The notes: generated by a model not told the origin, from the sequence alone. A stretch of DNA of 64,000 nt from Candidatus Staskawiczbacteria bacterium RIFCSPLOWO2_01_FULL_33_13 (GCA_001820215.1 MHOW01000006.1:47039-111038), one strand, 5' to 3'; positions 11,307 to 21,939 are shown, numbered from the stretch's first letter. Numbers and translations: made by a program.

Positions 11307-11838
11307 AGTTTCTATATTTTTAAAAAAAGGAGGCCTGGTAATTTGTCCTACTGATACTGTGTATGGATTTTTAGCAGATGCTTCAAACAAAAAAGCTGTT
11401 GATAAAATTTTTAAGATCAAAAAGAGGTCGAAATCAAATCCCCTGTCACTGTTTGTGAAAAATTTTAAAATGGCGAATAGAATTGCTTTTATTAATGAGA
11501 AACAAGCTAATATTTTAAATAAATTTTGGCCTGGGAAATATACATTTAGAATAAAACGAAAACCTAAAAAAGATTTGTACGGCGTTGATAAAAACACTAT
11601 TGCGATAAGAATTCCTAAGTATAAATTCTTAAATGATTTATTAAATAAAATAAATAAACCATTAGTTCAAACATCGGTAAATATTTCTGGAAAAAATCCT
11701 CTTAATAAAATAAATGACATAATAAATACATTTGAGGGTTTAGATATTTTAATAATAAATGGAGGTAATATTAAAAAAGGCAAACCATCAAAAATACTAG
11801 ATTTAACTCAGAATACAATTAAAACCTTAAGAAAATGA
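11272..11838 (+). CDS. tsaC: L-threonylcarbamoyladenylate synthase (YrdC/Sua5 domain)
   Basis: KKGGLVICPTDTVYGF motif of the YrdC family. Confidence 0.8.
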   Translation: MIIKISPKIIHKVSIFLKKGGLVICPTDTVYGFLADASNKKAVDKIFKIKKRSKSNPLSLFVKNFKMANRIAFINEKQANILNKFWPGKYTFRIKRKPKKDLYGVDKNTIAIRIPKYKFLNDLLNKINKPLVQTSVNISGKNPLNKINDIINTFEGLDILIINGGNIKKGKPSKILDLTQNTIKTLRK

Positions 11839-13079
11839 AATTAAAAAAAAGCGATCCGCAAATTGCAAAACTTATTAAATTAGAAACCCAACGCCAAGAA
11901 GATTCCCTACAAATGATTCCTTCTGAAAATCATTGTTCTTTTGCGGTACGCGAAGCTTTGGGCTCAATTTTGACTGATAAATATGCAGAGGGTTATCCTT
12001 CAAAAAGATATTATGGGGGGAATGAATTTATAGATAAAGTAGAAAATTTAGCTATTGAAAGGGTAAAAAAAATCTTCAAAGTTGAGCATGTAAATGTCCA
12101 ACCACATTCAGGTTCGCCTGCAAACGCAGGTGTATATATGGCAATATGCGAGCCAAAAGACACTATTATGGGCATGGCCTTGCAAATGGGAGGCCACTTA
12201 ACCCATGGGTTTAAATTAAGTTTTTCTGGTAAATTTTTTAACGCAGTACAATACGGACTTGATGAAAAAACGCATCTAATAAACTATGATGAAGTTGAAA
12301 AATTAGCAAAAGAACATAAACCTAAATTAATTTGGGTGGGGGGAAGTGCATATCCAAGGATTTTTGACTGGAAAAAAATGGGCCAAGTTGCAGATTCTGT
12401 GGGCGCATATTTAGTAGCCGATATAGCTCATATTGCGGGATTAATAGCAGGAGGCATACACCCAAGTCCTGTGCCATTTGTACATATTATAACTACTACT
12501 ACTCACAAAACACTACGAGGACCAAGGGGAGGCATTATTATGGTAACAAAAAAGGGCATTGAAAAAGACCCTGATTTACCTAAAAAAATTGATAAAGCAG
12601 TTTTTCCTGGGCTTCAAGGAGGGCCGCACGAAAACGCGATTGCGGCAATTGCAGTTTGCATAAAAGAAGCCTCAACTCCAGCTTTTAAAAAATATGCAGC
12701 CCAGGTTGTAAAAAATGCCAAAACACTGGCAGAAGAGTTAACAAAATATGGATTTAACTTAATAAGCGGTGGTACAGAGAATCATCTAATATTAATTGAT
12801 TTACGAAATAAAAATATTACAGGAGCTGATGCGCAAAATTTATTAGAAAAAATAGGAATGTCTATGAATAAAAATAGCATCCCCTATGACCCAGCCCCAC
12901 CTTTTAAGCCTTCTGGAATTAGAATGGGAACTCCTGCAATTACAACTCGGGGAATGAAAGAAAAAGAAATGAAACAAATTGCAATCTGGATAAACGAAGT
13001 AATATCAAACCCAGGGGCAGTAAAAAAAATTAGAGAAAAAATTAAGAAATTCTGTAAAAAATTTCCGTTGCCAAAATAA
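11835..13079 (+). CDS. glyA: serine hydroxymethyltransferase
   Basis: SENHCSFAVREALGS...YAEGYP...RYYGG. PLP-lysine region THKTLRGPRGG. Confidence 0.9.
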   Translation: MKLKKSDPQIAKLIKLETQRQEDSLQMIPSENHCSFAVREALGSILTDKYAEGYPSKRYYGGNEFIDKVENLAIERVKKIFKVEHVNVQPHSGSPANAGVYMAICEPKDTIMGMALQMGGHLTHGFKLSFSGKFFNAVQYGLDEKTHLINYDEVEKLAKEHKPKLIWVGGSAYPRIFDWKKMGQVADSVGAYLVADIAHIAGLIAGGIHPSPVPFVHIITTTTHKTLRGPRGGIIMVTKKGIEKDPDLPKKIDKAVFPGLQGGPHENAIAAIAVCIKEASTPAFKKYAAQVVKNAKTLAEELTKYGFNLISGGTENHLILIDLRNKNITGADAQNLLEKIGMSMNKNSIPYDPAPPFKPSGIRMGTPAITTRGMKEKEMKQIAIWINEVISNPGAVKKIREKIKKFCKKFPLPK

Positions 13080-13096
13080 ATAAATTATAGATCTAA

Positions 13097-13633
13097 ATGG
13101 TAATTGATTCTTATATTTTTGAATTTATTAATAGTTTTGCGGGAAAATGGCAGTTTTTAGATTTATTGGGAATATTTTTTGCAAAATACTTTGAATATTT
13201 TTTACTGTTTGCCTTAGTTATATTTTTAGTTAAAGATTTTAAAAAATATTGGAAAATGGTGACTGGGGCAGTGTTAGTCGCTTTTTTTGTAAGATTTGTA
13301 TTGGTGGAAATTTTTTATTGGTTACACTTTAGGGCAAGGCCTTTTGCAAACGGCTATATAAAGTCCCTGATTGATTATGATCCAGAAAAAACGGCTTTCC
13401 CCTCAGGCCACGCTTCATTCTATTTTGCGCTATCAACTATTATTTACGGATATAATAAAAAAGCAGGAATCTTATTTTTTATTGGAAGCTTTTTAATTGT
13501 ATTGGCTAGAGTTTTTGTGGGTCTTCATTGGCCATCAGATATTTTAGCCGGAGCAATACTAGGAATTATAATGGGAATAATTTTAAATAAACTATTTAAA
13601 AAAATACTACTTAAAAAACACCTTGATCAATAA
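13097..13633 (+). CDS. PAP2 family phosphatase (undecaprenyl-diphosphatase-like)
   Basis: PSGHASF and HWPSD motifs. Membrane protein. Confidence 0.7.
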   Translation: MVIDSYIFEFINSFAGKWQFLDLLGIFFAKYFEYFLLFALVIFLVKDFKKYWKMVTGAVLVAFFVRFVLVEIFYWLHFRARPFANGYIKSLIDYDPEKTAFPSGHASFYFALSTIIYGYNKKAGILFFIGSFLIVLARVFVGLHWPSDILAGAILGIIMGIILNKLFKKILLKKHLDQ

Positions 13634-13636
13634 TTC

Positions 13637-13682
13637 CACATACGAAAAAAGAAGAGATTAATCTCTTCTTTTTTCGTATGTG
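13637..13682. terminator. perfect palindrome, bidirectional terminator
   Basis: cacatacgaaaaaagaagagattaatctcttcttttttcgtatgtg, between the PAP2 gene (+) and tRNA-Leu (-). Confidence 0.6.
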
Positions 13683-13764
13683 CCCGAGGTGGGAGTTGAA
13701 CCCACATGATATTGCTATCGCGGGATTTTGAGTCCCGTGCGTCTGCCAATTCCGCCACCCGGGC
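13681..13764 (-). tRNA. tRNA-Leu (anticodon CAA)
   Basis: Reverse complement folds as a cloverleaf with a 7-bp acceptor stem GCCCGGG/CTCGGGC. Anticodon loop CUCAAAA. Long variable arm. T-loop GGTTCAACTCC. Confidence 0.85.
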
Positions 13765-13800
13765 AATTTATGATAAATTTATCATAAATTGATATTCACT

Positions 13801-15843
13801 TCAAGCTTCTTCTTTCTTAAAGTCACAATCTTTACTTGAGCACTTCACTTTTTTAGATTTTGTTTCAACTAATATTAAACCACATGTCGGACAAAACTCA
13901 TTGATTGGCTTATCCCATGCCGCAAAATCACATTTTGGATAATCATCACAACCATAAAATATTTTGCCTCTCCTGGTTTTTTTAGCTACCACCTGCCCCT
14001 TTTTGCATTTTGGACAAATAATATCTATTTTTATTGCCTGCGCTCCCGGATTATCTTTTATAATTGATTCGGTGTGTTTACAATCTGGAAATCCAGTACA
14101 GGCGTAAAATCTACCAAATCGCCCCATTTTATCAACCATATCTTTACCACATTTTGGACATTTTTTATCGGTTTTAATAGTTAAATCTTCTTTTGGAATT
14201 TCATCATATTTTTCTTTCAAATTTTTAGCAAATGGACCATAAAAATCTCCAACGATTTTTTCCCATACATCTTTACCTTCGGCTATTTCATCAAGCCCTT
14301 TTTCCATTTTTGCGGTAAATTCAATATCCACAATTTGCGGAAAATTTTTCACCAGCATTTCATTAACAATAGTTCCCATTTCAGTAGGCGCAAATCTTTT
14401 TTGTTCGTTTTTTGCTATGTAATTGCGGTCTTGTATCGTAGATAAAGTTGGTGCGTAGGTTGAAGGCCTGCCTATTCCATGAGATTCGAGTGCCTTAATC
14501 AGCGAAGCTTCGTTATAGCGGCTAGGAGGCTCGGTATAATGCTGGCTTGGATTTATTTTCACTAATTCCAATATTTCTTTCTCTTGTAATTTTGGCATTT
14601 CATTTTCTGAAAATTTCATCGGATAGATTTTTAAAAAGCCGTCAAATTTAAGCATTTGCCCATTAGCTCCAAAAATATATCCATTTCCCCCATTAATTTC
14701 AATAGAAGTTGAATCAAATATGGCTGGCGTCATTTGCGAGGCAATAAATCTTTGCCAAATTAAAGTATAAAGTTTAAGCTGCGCACCCTCTAATTCACTT
14801 TTCATAGATTCCGGAGTTTTATCCGCATAAGTAGGCCTTATGGCCTCGTGTGCTTCTTGAGCATTACCCTTAGCTTTAAATAGAGTGCCCTTAAAATAAT
14901 CATTGCCAAAAGATTTTTTAATAAACTCTTCAGATGCAATTAAAGAAGATTGGGAAAGATTCAAAGAGTCAGTTCTATGATAAGTAATATGCCCCTGCTC
15001 ATATAGTTTTTGAGCAACCGACATGGTCATTTTTGCAGTAAAATGGAATTTATTAGCCGCAGTTTGCTGCATGGTGCTTGTAGTAAATGGCGGCAGAGGA
15101 TTTCTTTTTGTTTCTTTTTTAGTAATTTTTTCTATTTGATACTTTGCGTTTTCTAAACCGACTAAAATTTCATCAGCATGTTTTTTATTTTTTATCTCTA
15201 GTTTATCAATAATTTTTCCGTCTTTTTTAATTAAAAAAGCAGAAAAATTTTTATTTTCCTTATTAAAGATTGCCTCAATCTCCCAATATTCCTCTGCAAT
15301 AAATTTTTTAATTTCTTCTTCTCGCTCAACTACTAATCGCACCGCCACTGATTGCACGCGCCCAGCAGAAAGCCCTTTTGATATTTTTTTCCATAAAAAA
15401 GGGGATAATTTATACCCCACAATTCTATCTAAAACCCTGCGGGCTTGTTGAGCATCTACCAAGTGCATATCTATCTTTCCAGGTGTTTTTAGAGCCTCTG
15501 CAATAGCGCTTTTAGTAATTTCGTGGAATACAATTCTTTTTGGATCTTTTAAATTCAGGGCCTCCGCCAAATGCCATGAAATAGATTCTCCTTCGCGATC
15601 TTGGTCAGTTGCTAAAATAACCTCATCAGCTAGTTTTGCCTCCTTCTTTAATTCAGCAATAACTTTTTTGGCTTTTGTAGGAATTACATATTTAGGCTCA
15701 AAGTTTTTTTCAACATTCACACCAAGTTCGCGTTTTGGTAAATCGCGCACATGACCAAAAGAAGCCACTACTTTATAGTTTTTTCCTAAAAAGCGGCTGA
15801 TTGTGCGTCCCTTGGTTGGGCTCTCCACCACAAGTAAAATCAT
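13801..15843 (-). CDS. topA: DNA topoisomerase I
   Basis: Toprim N-terminus LVVESPTKGRTI. Several C-terminal C4 zinc ribbons (CPKCGK..., CPTCG...). Confidence 0.9.
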   Translation of the reverse strand: MILLVVESPTKGRTISRFLGKNYKVVASFGHVRDLPKRELGVNVEKNFEPKYVIPTKAKKVIAELKKEAKLADEVILATDQDREGESISWHLAEALNLKDPKRIVFHEITKSAIAEALKTPGKIDMHLVDAQQARRVLDRIVGYKLSPFLWKKISKGLSAGRVQSVAVRLVVEREEEIKKFIAEEYWEIEAIFNKENKNFSAFLIKKDGKIIDKLEIKNKKHADEILVGLENAKYQIEKITKKETKRNPLPPFTTSTMQQTAANKFHFTAKMTMSVAQKLYEQGHITYHRTDSLNLSQSSLIASEEFIKKSFGNDYFKGTLFKAKGNAQEAHEAIRPTYADKTPESMKSELEGAQLKLYTLIWQRFIASQMTPAIFDSTSIEINGGNGYIFGANGQMLKFDGFLKIYPMKFSENEMPKLQEKEILELVKINPSQHYTEPPSRYNEASLIKALESHGIGRPSTYAPTLSTIQDRNYIAKNEQKRFAPTEMGTIVNEMLVKNFPQIVDIEFTAKMEKGLDEIAEGKDVWEKIVGDFYGPFAKNLKEKYDEIPKEDLTIKTDKKCPKCGKDMVDKMGRFGRFYACTGFPDCKHTESIIKDNPGAQAIKIDIICPKCKKGQVVAKKTRRGKIFYGCDDYPKCDFAAWDKPINEFCPTCGLILVETKSKKVKCSSKDCDFKKEEA

Positions 15844-16949
15844 TTTGAAAATTTATTAATAATATTATATTTATGTATTCCCAGTGCTGAAGCTTTGTGC
15901 TGAATTTCTTGCCATTTTCTACCGGGAAATAGGGATAATAGTTTACTTTTCGGATATGTTCTATAAAACTTTCGTATAATTTCTTCCTCTTCTTTTGTGT
16001 AACCCTTTCTGTATCTTATTTCTACCAGAGAGGCTCTTTGGGCAAGTTTAAATTTCCTTTTAATGTATAGTGTAGAATTCGTGTAAAGATAATCTATTAG
16101 AGTTTTTGCTGAATTTGACCTATACGCTATATAAAAAAGAAACTGACTATTTTCATCTTTTTTTACGCTACATATTTTTGAATAAAGATTAAATGTATTA
16201 AGAAAATGATTCTGTATAAAAGTTATAGTATTTTTCCCTCCGCAAACACTTATGGTGGGGTGATTTCTTTTATCGAAATAAATGCTACCATCACCATCTA
16301 TAACACCTCGTATGAAATCTTTTATATATTCGCGGGGAACAATTGGAACATTTTCCCTTAAACTTTTCCTATATATAATACCCAATTTCTTAAGATCATC
16401 GACAATTATCTGACTAGTTATGCCGAGGTGAAAGGCATTTAGAGAAGGAGAAATTTTGTGGTTTGAAGATAATTCTTTTTTTATTTTTTCTAAAATATCA
16501 ATATCTCTTTTCTGTACTCCAAACTTCAAAGCATCACTATAACCCTTGTATATTCCTTTGACAATACATCCATCAGCCAGAATAAAACCAAGAATATAGG
16601 CCATTTCAGAAGACCATGTTTTAAAATAATTTTCATTAACCGCTAATCGGGGGTGGTTTCTGTTTTGTTTTAATCCCAATCTTTCTCCTTGTGCCCATAT
16701 AGCAGTTTTAGACCTTCTGGGTAAAAATTTTAAAAGTTCTTGTATGTTATGGGTGGGGAAATACTTGTGCAATATTTTATTATCTTTTAATTGCCATAAC
16801 TTTGCCGAAGGAAGCCTTAAGCTTAATGCCTTTGCAACAATGGTAGGTTTAGTTCGATCGGGAAACATTGTAATTAAATCACTTACCCTTTTTACTGGAT
16901 AATATTCTTTCAGGAGAGCAATTTCTTTTTGTGACCATATTCTACTCAT
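15840..16949 (-). CDS. free-standing LAGLIDADG-family homing endonuclease-like protein
   Basis: Two LAGLIDADG-type motifs (ILGFILADGCI and FIRGVIDGDGSIY). Repeated HTH-like modules at both ends. The stop overlaps the topA start (ATGA). Confidence 0.65.
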   Translation of the reverse strand: MSRIWSQKEIALLKEYYPVKRVSDLITMFPDRTKPTIVAKALSLRLPSAKLWQLKDNKILHKYFPTHNIQELLKFLPRRSKTAIWAQGERLGLKQNRNHPRLAVNENYFKTWSSEMAYILGFILADGCIVKGIYKGYSDALKFGVQKRDIDILEKIKKELSSNHKISPSLNAFHLGITSQIIVDDLKKLGIIYRKSLRENVPIVPREYIKDFIRGVIDGDGSIYFDKRNHPTISVCGGKNTITFIQNHFLNTFNLYSKICSVKKDENSQFLFYIAYRSNSAKTLIDYLYTNSTLYIKRKFKLAQRASLVEIRYRKGYTKEEEEIIRKFYRTYPKSKLLSLFPGRKWQEIQHKASALGIHKYNIINKFSK

Positions 16950-17026
16950 GCCCTCATTATACTATAATTTTGGGCTTTCTACTATCACTAAATCCATATT
17001 TTTTTAATTTGATATTTAAAAATTAT

Positions 17027-17890
17027 TTATACAATAGTATATACATTGCCGCCTAGGTTTCGTATCTTACCCGAAATTTCCATTAAGGCAAGTGAAGTTA
17101 CTACTAAAGAAGCATTTAGTTTTGTTTTCTCAATTATTTTGTCAATATATAACGCTTCTTCTTTTAGTGCGGCGAAAATAAGCTGTTCTTGCATATTTTC
17201 GGACGCAAAAATTTTTTGGGAAACTTTCTCTGCCTCAACTCCCAATACATCTAAAATATCTTTTGAACTTTCAACCAGTGTTGCCCCCTCTTTTATTAAT
17301 TTATTCGGGCCCTGTGAATTCAACGAAAAAATTTGGCCGGGTACCGCAAATAATTTCTTTTTTTGTTTTATTGCATAATTTGCGGTAATTAATGATCCTG
17401 ATTTCTGCTTTGCCTCAACGACCAAAACTCCCAAAGACAATGCTGATATTATTCTGTTTCTTTTGGGAAAAGAAAAAACAGATCCGTGTGTGCCAGGTGG
17501 TAGCTCCGAAATTAAACAACCATGATTTTCAATTATTTTTCTTGATAATTCTAAGTTTTGCTGGGGGTATATGCTTTTTTCATCTAATCCTGTGCCTAAC
17601 ACCGCAATGGTTATTTTCTTTTTTTCAATGCAAATTTTATGAGCAAAAGTATCTATGCCGGGCGCCATTCCTGAAACAATAACTAATCCTGCATCCACTA
17701 ATTCTCCTGTAATCTGTAAGGTTGCTTGCTGACCATACAAAGAAGGACGCCTTGTCCCAACAATCCCAAAACAATTTTCATTTTTTGGTAAACTTCCTCT
17801 ATGATACAAAACTTTAGGCGCATCAGGAATTTTTTTTAATAATTCCGGATAACTTTTATCATTTATTGAAATTTCCTGTATGTCTTCCAT
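17027..17890 (-). CDS. dprA: DNA processing protein DprA/Smf
   Basis: GIVGTRRPSLYG...SGMAPGIDT Rossmann-like DprA core. Confidence 0.85.
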   Translation of the reverse strand: MEDIQEISINDKSYPELLKKIPDAPKVLYHRGSLPKNENCFGIVGTRRPSLYGQQATLQITGELVDAGLVIVSGMAPGIDTFAHKICIEKKKITIAVLGTGLDEKSIYPQQNLELSRKIIENHGCLISELPPGTHGSVFSFPKRNRIISALSLGVLVVEAKQKSGSLITANYAIKQKKKLFAVPGQIFSLNSQGPNKLIKEGATLVESSKDILDVLGVEAEKVSQKIFASENMQEQLIFAALKEEALYIDKIIEKTKLNASLVVTSLALMEISGKIRNLGGNVYTIV

Positions 17891-17966
17891 TAATGAATTA
17901 TAACAGATAAACCTAAGTAAACAAAAAATGGCAAAAAGCCATTTTTATATATAATCAGCAAAATTA

Positions 17967-18935
17967 TTAAACCCTTGAAAATCTAGTAAAACCAGAACAA
18001 GCCACAATTTCAATTCCCTGTTTTTCTAATTCATCCATCAGTAAATTCATTCCCAAAGAATCCGAAGACATGTGTCCAGCAATTACAATATTAATATGGG
18101 CCATTTCCGCTTCTTTTTTATGCTCTTCTGAAATATGCATTCCAATTACAGTTCCAATGCCGGCTTGAGCTATTTTTTCGTAAAGCTTTGGAGAGCCTTC
18201 AGTGCCTCCAGTAATTTCAGACAATGCAATTTTGCCGCACCTATTTTCCAGAGAACCCGCAAAAACTTTAGGGCCAACACCTATTTTCATGGCTTCCTTA
18301 TATTCTGGAATTTCTTTTAATGCGTTTATAATATCAGAAACTCTTTCTAATTTTCTTGGCCTGAGTGGTTCTGAAGGGTTACCTTCAATAAAATTCCTTA
18401 AAAATTTAGCTGCTAAATTATCAGACGGGGTATGTGAATTCATTAAATTCACATTTAAAAGTCTTGCGGTATCAACAGTTCTTTGATGATTAGAAGAATT
18501 TACCCCTCTTGCAACCTCTGAAATTCTTTCCCTCATTAAGCCTTCAGCAACATTAATTGGCACTCCATAAAAATTATATACATCACACTGAAGTTCCATT
18601 ACATCTGCTAATTGAGCCAAACCCTTACCTACTGGATGATGGCCAATTACCAAGTCTATGTTTCCAAGTTCACGAGCCAATAAAATTTCTTCAGGTCCAA
18701 TATCAATACCCACTAATACTTTTTTTATTTCTTTATTATCAAAGATATTATAAACCCCAGAATCTAAATAAGGATTTTCTAAAGATTCTTTATCAAATTC
18801 TTCTTGTTCTTTTAAAGAAAGTCTTTGGAATTTTAATTTTTTGTAATCTAATATTTTTTGGACTCCGTCTTTTCCGCGAAAATCCGACTCCATTCCCATG
18901 GTAATAAATAAATTTTGGATATCTTGTATTTTCAT
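17967..18935 (-). CDS. Nif3-like dinuclear metal centre protein (DUF34)
   Basis: VLVGIDIGPEEIL...DLVIGHHP matches the NIF3 N-terminal pattern. C-terminal IVIAGHM. Confidence 0.5.
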   Translation of the reverse strand: MKIQDIQNLFITMGMESDFRGKDGVQKILDYKKLKFQRLSLKEQEEFDKESLENPYLDSGVYNIFDNKEIKKVLVGIDIGPEEILLARELGNIDLVIGHHPVGKGLAQLADVMELQCDVYNFYGVPINVAEGLMRERISEVARGVNSSNHQRTVDTARLLNVNLMNSHTPSDNLAAKFLRNFIEGNPSEPLRPRKLERVSDIINALKEIPEYKEAMKIGVGPKVFAGSLENRCGKIALSEITGGTEGSPKLYEKIAQAGIGTVIGMHISEEHKKEAEMAHINIVIAGHMSSDSLGMNLLMDELEKQGIEIVACSGFTRFSRV

Positions 18936-19037
18936 TCTACTTATTTACTTGCGAGTTCTTTTAATTTCTTGCCTCTGCTTTTTCTCCATCTTTTATTGAT
19001 TCTTCCATTATGTTTTGTTTGCCTAGTTTTCATAAAA

Positions 19038-19343
19038 TTATTTATTCTTAGCTGATTTTTTTATTGTTTTTTTAGGCTTCTTATCTTTTTCTTCTAGTTT
19101 TTCATTTTTCAACTCGGGTGCATCGCTAGGAGATTTTGTCTCTTTTTTATTTAATTTACTATACATTTGGGCTATCATTTCTTCCTGTTTTTTAAAATCT
19201 AAAAACTGAGTCCGTATTCGGGCTTTTTCTGATCTTATAAATCTTCTTGTTGAATTAGACAATTTTTTTGTATAGTTTTTTTCCATATATAAAAGTTTAT
19301 TAAAACAAAAAATGGTTCTTCTAAAACCATTCCTGTTTTGCAT
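19038..19343 (-). CDS. hypothetical Lys-rich basic protein
   Basis: Open frame. Highly basic K-rich C-terminus. The start may be at the internal Met. Confidence 0.3.
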   Translation of the reverse strand: MQNRNGFRRTIFCFNKLLYMEKNYTKKLSNSTRRFIRSEKARIRTQFLDFKKQEEMIAQMYSKLNKKETKSPSDAPELKNEKLEEKDKKPKKTIKKSAKNK

Positions 19344-19434
19344 TGTATACTAAAACAAAGTTTATATCAAGTATTCGCCGCAAAACAAAACTCTCTTTTT
19401 GTGATCCATTTTCTATATGCTTTTTATTGTCGAC

Positions 19435-19611
19435 TTTGAATTACGAAATGCTTTCTAGGCCTGCCTGCCGGCAAGCAGGCATTTTTTTCAAATTTGGAGG
19501 TGAAAATTTGATAGAATTATTTTACCTAGTAAACTAGGTAAAATAATTATTGCGAATTTTTAACCCAAATTTGGATAAAAGACCTGAAATATGCTTTTAT
19601 TGTGCATTTCG
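19435..19611. repeat. MITE family 1, long copy with nested GC hairpin
   Basis: Terminal repeats tttgaattacgaaatgc / gcatttcgtaattcaaag. Internal hairpin tacctagtaaactaggta. Extra GC hairpin gcctgcctgccggcaagcaggc followed by T7. Confidence 0.6.
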
Positions 19612-19637
19612 TAATTCAAAGCTATCGACAATATATT

Positions 19638-20666
19638 CTATCGACCCCTAAGCTTACTTTGAGTATTCACAATACTTATTTCAAGCGTCCTGATTTGAGT
19701 CGTCATATTTTGTAATTCAAGAGTAATACCAAATGACCTTCTATTAAGAGTAGCAGTTAATTCATCTATTTGTGATCTAATTGATTTTATTTTTTCTTCT
19801 TCCCTCAATCTATATTGTTTTTGTTTTGCGCTTTCTGAATCCTTCCCTTTTCCACTAGCATAATCCTCTTTGGCTCGTGAAACCGCGTTAGCACTCAATA
19901 AAGATTCAAGCTCTTTTAATTTGTTTTGCAATGACCTTTTTGTAAGACTATCGGCTAAGTCACCTATTTGTAATTTAGTTGATTCTATTTCTCTTTCTAT
20001 ATTTAATCTATCTTGTTTTTCTTTTCCTGATTCTTCGCTTCTTGTGGGAAGTCCACGAGCAGAATCCCCTATGGCTAATGCAACTGTGGTAGCACTCCAT
20101 AAAGATCTAAGCCTTCCTAATTCTTTTTGCATCGCGTTAATCTCTTTGCGCCCATTAAATATCGCTTCATTAAGATTAATATACAATCTCGTCCTCTCTG
20201 ATATTTGCTGGGCCAACCCCGACCTTAACTCTTGTTTTGTTTTTGGTCCTTCTTGTTTTTGTCCTTGTTGATTTTTATTTCCTTGCGCCTCAGTATTTCC
20301 AACAACACCAGCTAAAAAAGCTGTGGCAAGAATAGATCCTCCAATCTTTTTAAACAACCCCCCACCTTTTTTGGCCAATTTGGGTTTTGATCTTTGTTCT
20401 CCTTGTAATATTTCTACCGCCCCCATATTTTTTTTAAAACTAGAACCTTCACCCTCTTGCCCCATTATTTCTTTTAATTCTGTAGCTAATCTTTCTGCAT
20501 CTGCCATAATTTGATCAGGATTTAAATCTTCGCCTTCAGCTCTAATGTCACCCGCTTCCACCCCACCCCTCAAACTAAAATCGTCTTCATGCAAATCTGA
20601 ATTTGGTAAATCTTTGTTATGCTTTGGCAATTCTTCTTCTGATTCTATTCTCCTTTCGTTAAACAT
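19638..20666 (-). CDS. hypothetical acidic / coiled-coil protein with one TM segment
   Basis: Acidic N-terminus. GGGLFKKIGGSILATAFLAGVVG hydrophobic segment. Long heptad-like C-terminus. Confidence 0.35.
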   Translation of the reverse strand: MFNERRIESEEELPKHNKDLPNSDLHEDDFSLRGGVEAGDIRAEGEDLNPDQIMADAERLATELKEIMGQEGEGSSFKKNMGAVEILQGEQRSKPKLAKKGGGLFKKIGGSILATAFLAGVVGNTEAQGNKNQQGQKQEGPKTKQELRSGLAQQISERTRLYINLNEAIFNGRKEINAMQKELGRLRSLWSATTVALAIGDSARGLPTRSEESGKEKQDRLNIEREIESTKLQIGDLADSLTKRSLQNKLKELESLLSANAVSRAKEDYASGKGKDSESAKQKQYRLREEEKIKSIRSQIDELTATLNRRSFGITLELQNMTTQIRTLEISIVNTQSKLRGR

Positions 20667-21939
20667 ATTTTTTATTTTTTAATAATATTTCCTCTTTTAT
20701 TATTTCTTTATCGCTCCAAGGAATCTTTCTTCCCCCATCAACACACATCCATACTTCCGATCCCTTACCTGTGATTATAACTGTATTTTCATCTTTTGAC
20801 AAGCCTAATGCCTTTTTTATAGCTTCTTTCCTGTCTAACACTATATGATAGTCGCGGTTATTAATACCACTGGCAATTTGTTCCATAATTTCTAATGGAT
20901 CTTCATCGTAAGGGTCTTCATTAGTAATAATTATTTCCTTACAATATTGTTCTGCTATTTTACCCAAAACGGGCCTTTTCCATTTATCTCTTCCGCCCCC
21001 ACAAGAACCAAAAACACAAACCAAATTCTTACCAGGTAAAGACTTATAAACTTGCTCAAGTTGTTCTGGCGTATGAGCGTAGTCTACGATTATTAAAGGA
21101 TTTTTTGACACTATCTCCATTCTACCAAAAATACCCCTAACTTTTTCTAATGCTTTCTTGCAAATTTCTAGAGAAATTCCCTGCGATAGACCAACCGAAA
21201 TTGCAGCCAGAGTGTTGTATATATTAAACTCACCCATTAAAGAAATATTGAATCTGGTATCTTGAATCTTGAATAGTAAACCATCTTTAATAATTTCAAC
21301 ATTATCTGCTTCTATTATTTTTGAATCTTGGGTTGTGTTTTTGAGTTTTGAGTTTTGAGTTTTGAGTTTAAAACCTATTTTTTCTTTTGCCGAAATATCC
21401 CAAAAATATTGTGCGTTATCATCTGCAATATTTATAATATGAATATTTTTTGTCGCTTTAAATAATTTAAATTTCTCATTTCTATAATTTTCAAATCCTC
21501 CATGCGACTCTATGTGTTCGGGGCTTAAATTAGTAAAAACAACTGTATTAAAATTTATAAACTTATGGCGGTATTGTTTGATACCCTCTGAAGTAACTTC
21601 TAAAACAGCATATTGGCATTTTTCATTTACTGCTTCCCTTAAAAATTTGTGAATCATAAATCTTCCAGGCATTGTCATTTTCAGCTCATTTTTCCATTCT
21701 TTGGCCTTAATTTTAAACCTAATAGAAGAAAGAGAGGCAACACTATTGCCATTTTCTTCCAATATTTTTGTTATAAAGTCAACCGTGGTTGATTTACCAC
21801 TAGTTCCTGTAACTCCGATAACAATTAATTTATTTCCCGGAAACCAAAAAACAACAGTGCCTATTAATGCCAGCCCATAGTGGTAAAAATTCAATAAAAA
21901 AGCAGGGGCTAAATTTTTAATTGATTTTTTAATATTCAC
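20659..21939 (-). CDS. Mur ligase family protein (MurE/MurF/cyanophycin-synthetase-like)
   Basis: P-loop IGVTGTSGKSTT. DYAHTPE-like segment. Contains an in-frame 7-bp tandem repeat. Confidence 0.65.
   Translation of the reverse strand: MNIKKSIKNLAPAFLLNFYHYGLALIGTVVFWFPGNKLIVIGVTGTSGKSTTVDFITKILEENGNSVASLSSIRFKIKAKEWKNELKMTMPGRFMIHKFLREAVNEKCQYAVLEVTSEGIKQYRHKFINFNTVVFTNLSPEHIESHGGFENYRNEKFKLFKATKNIHIINIADDNAQYFWDISAKEKIGFKLKTQNSKLKNTTQDSKIIEADNVEIIKDGLLFKIQDTRFNISLMGEFNIYNTLAAISVGLSQGISLEICKKALEKVRGIFGRMEIVSKNPLIIVDYAHTPEQLEQVYKSLPGKNLVCVFGSCGGGRDKWKRPVLGKIAEQYCKEIIITNEDPYDEDPLEIMEQIASGINNRDYHIVLDRKEAIKKALGLSKDENTVIITGKGSEVWMCVDGGRKIPWSDKEIIKEEILLKNKKYV

Noticed and set aside
15840-16949. 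LAGLIDADG ORF as an intein within topA
   Set aside because: It is a separate ORF with its own start and stop upstream of an intact topA. There is no extein continuity.
19038-19343. Ribosomal protein S21 for the basic 101-aa ORF
   Set aside because: Only a generic basic, K-rich composition. No convincing match to the S21 conserved core could be seen by eye.
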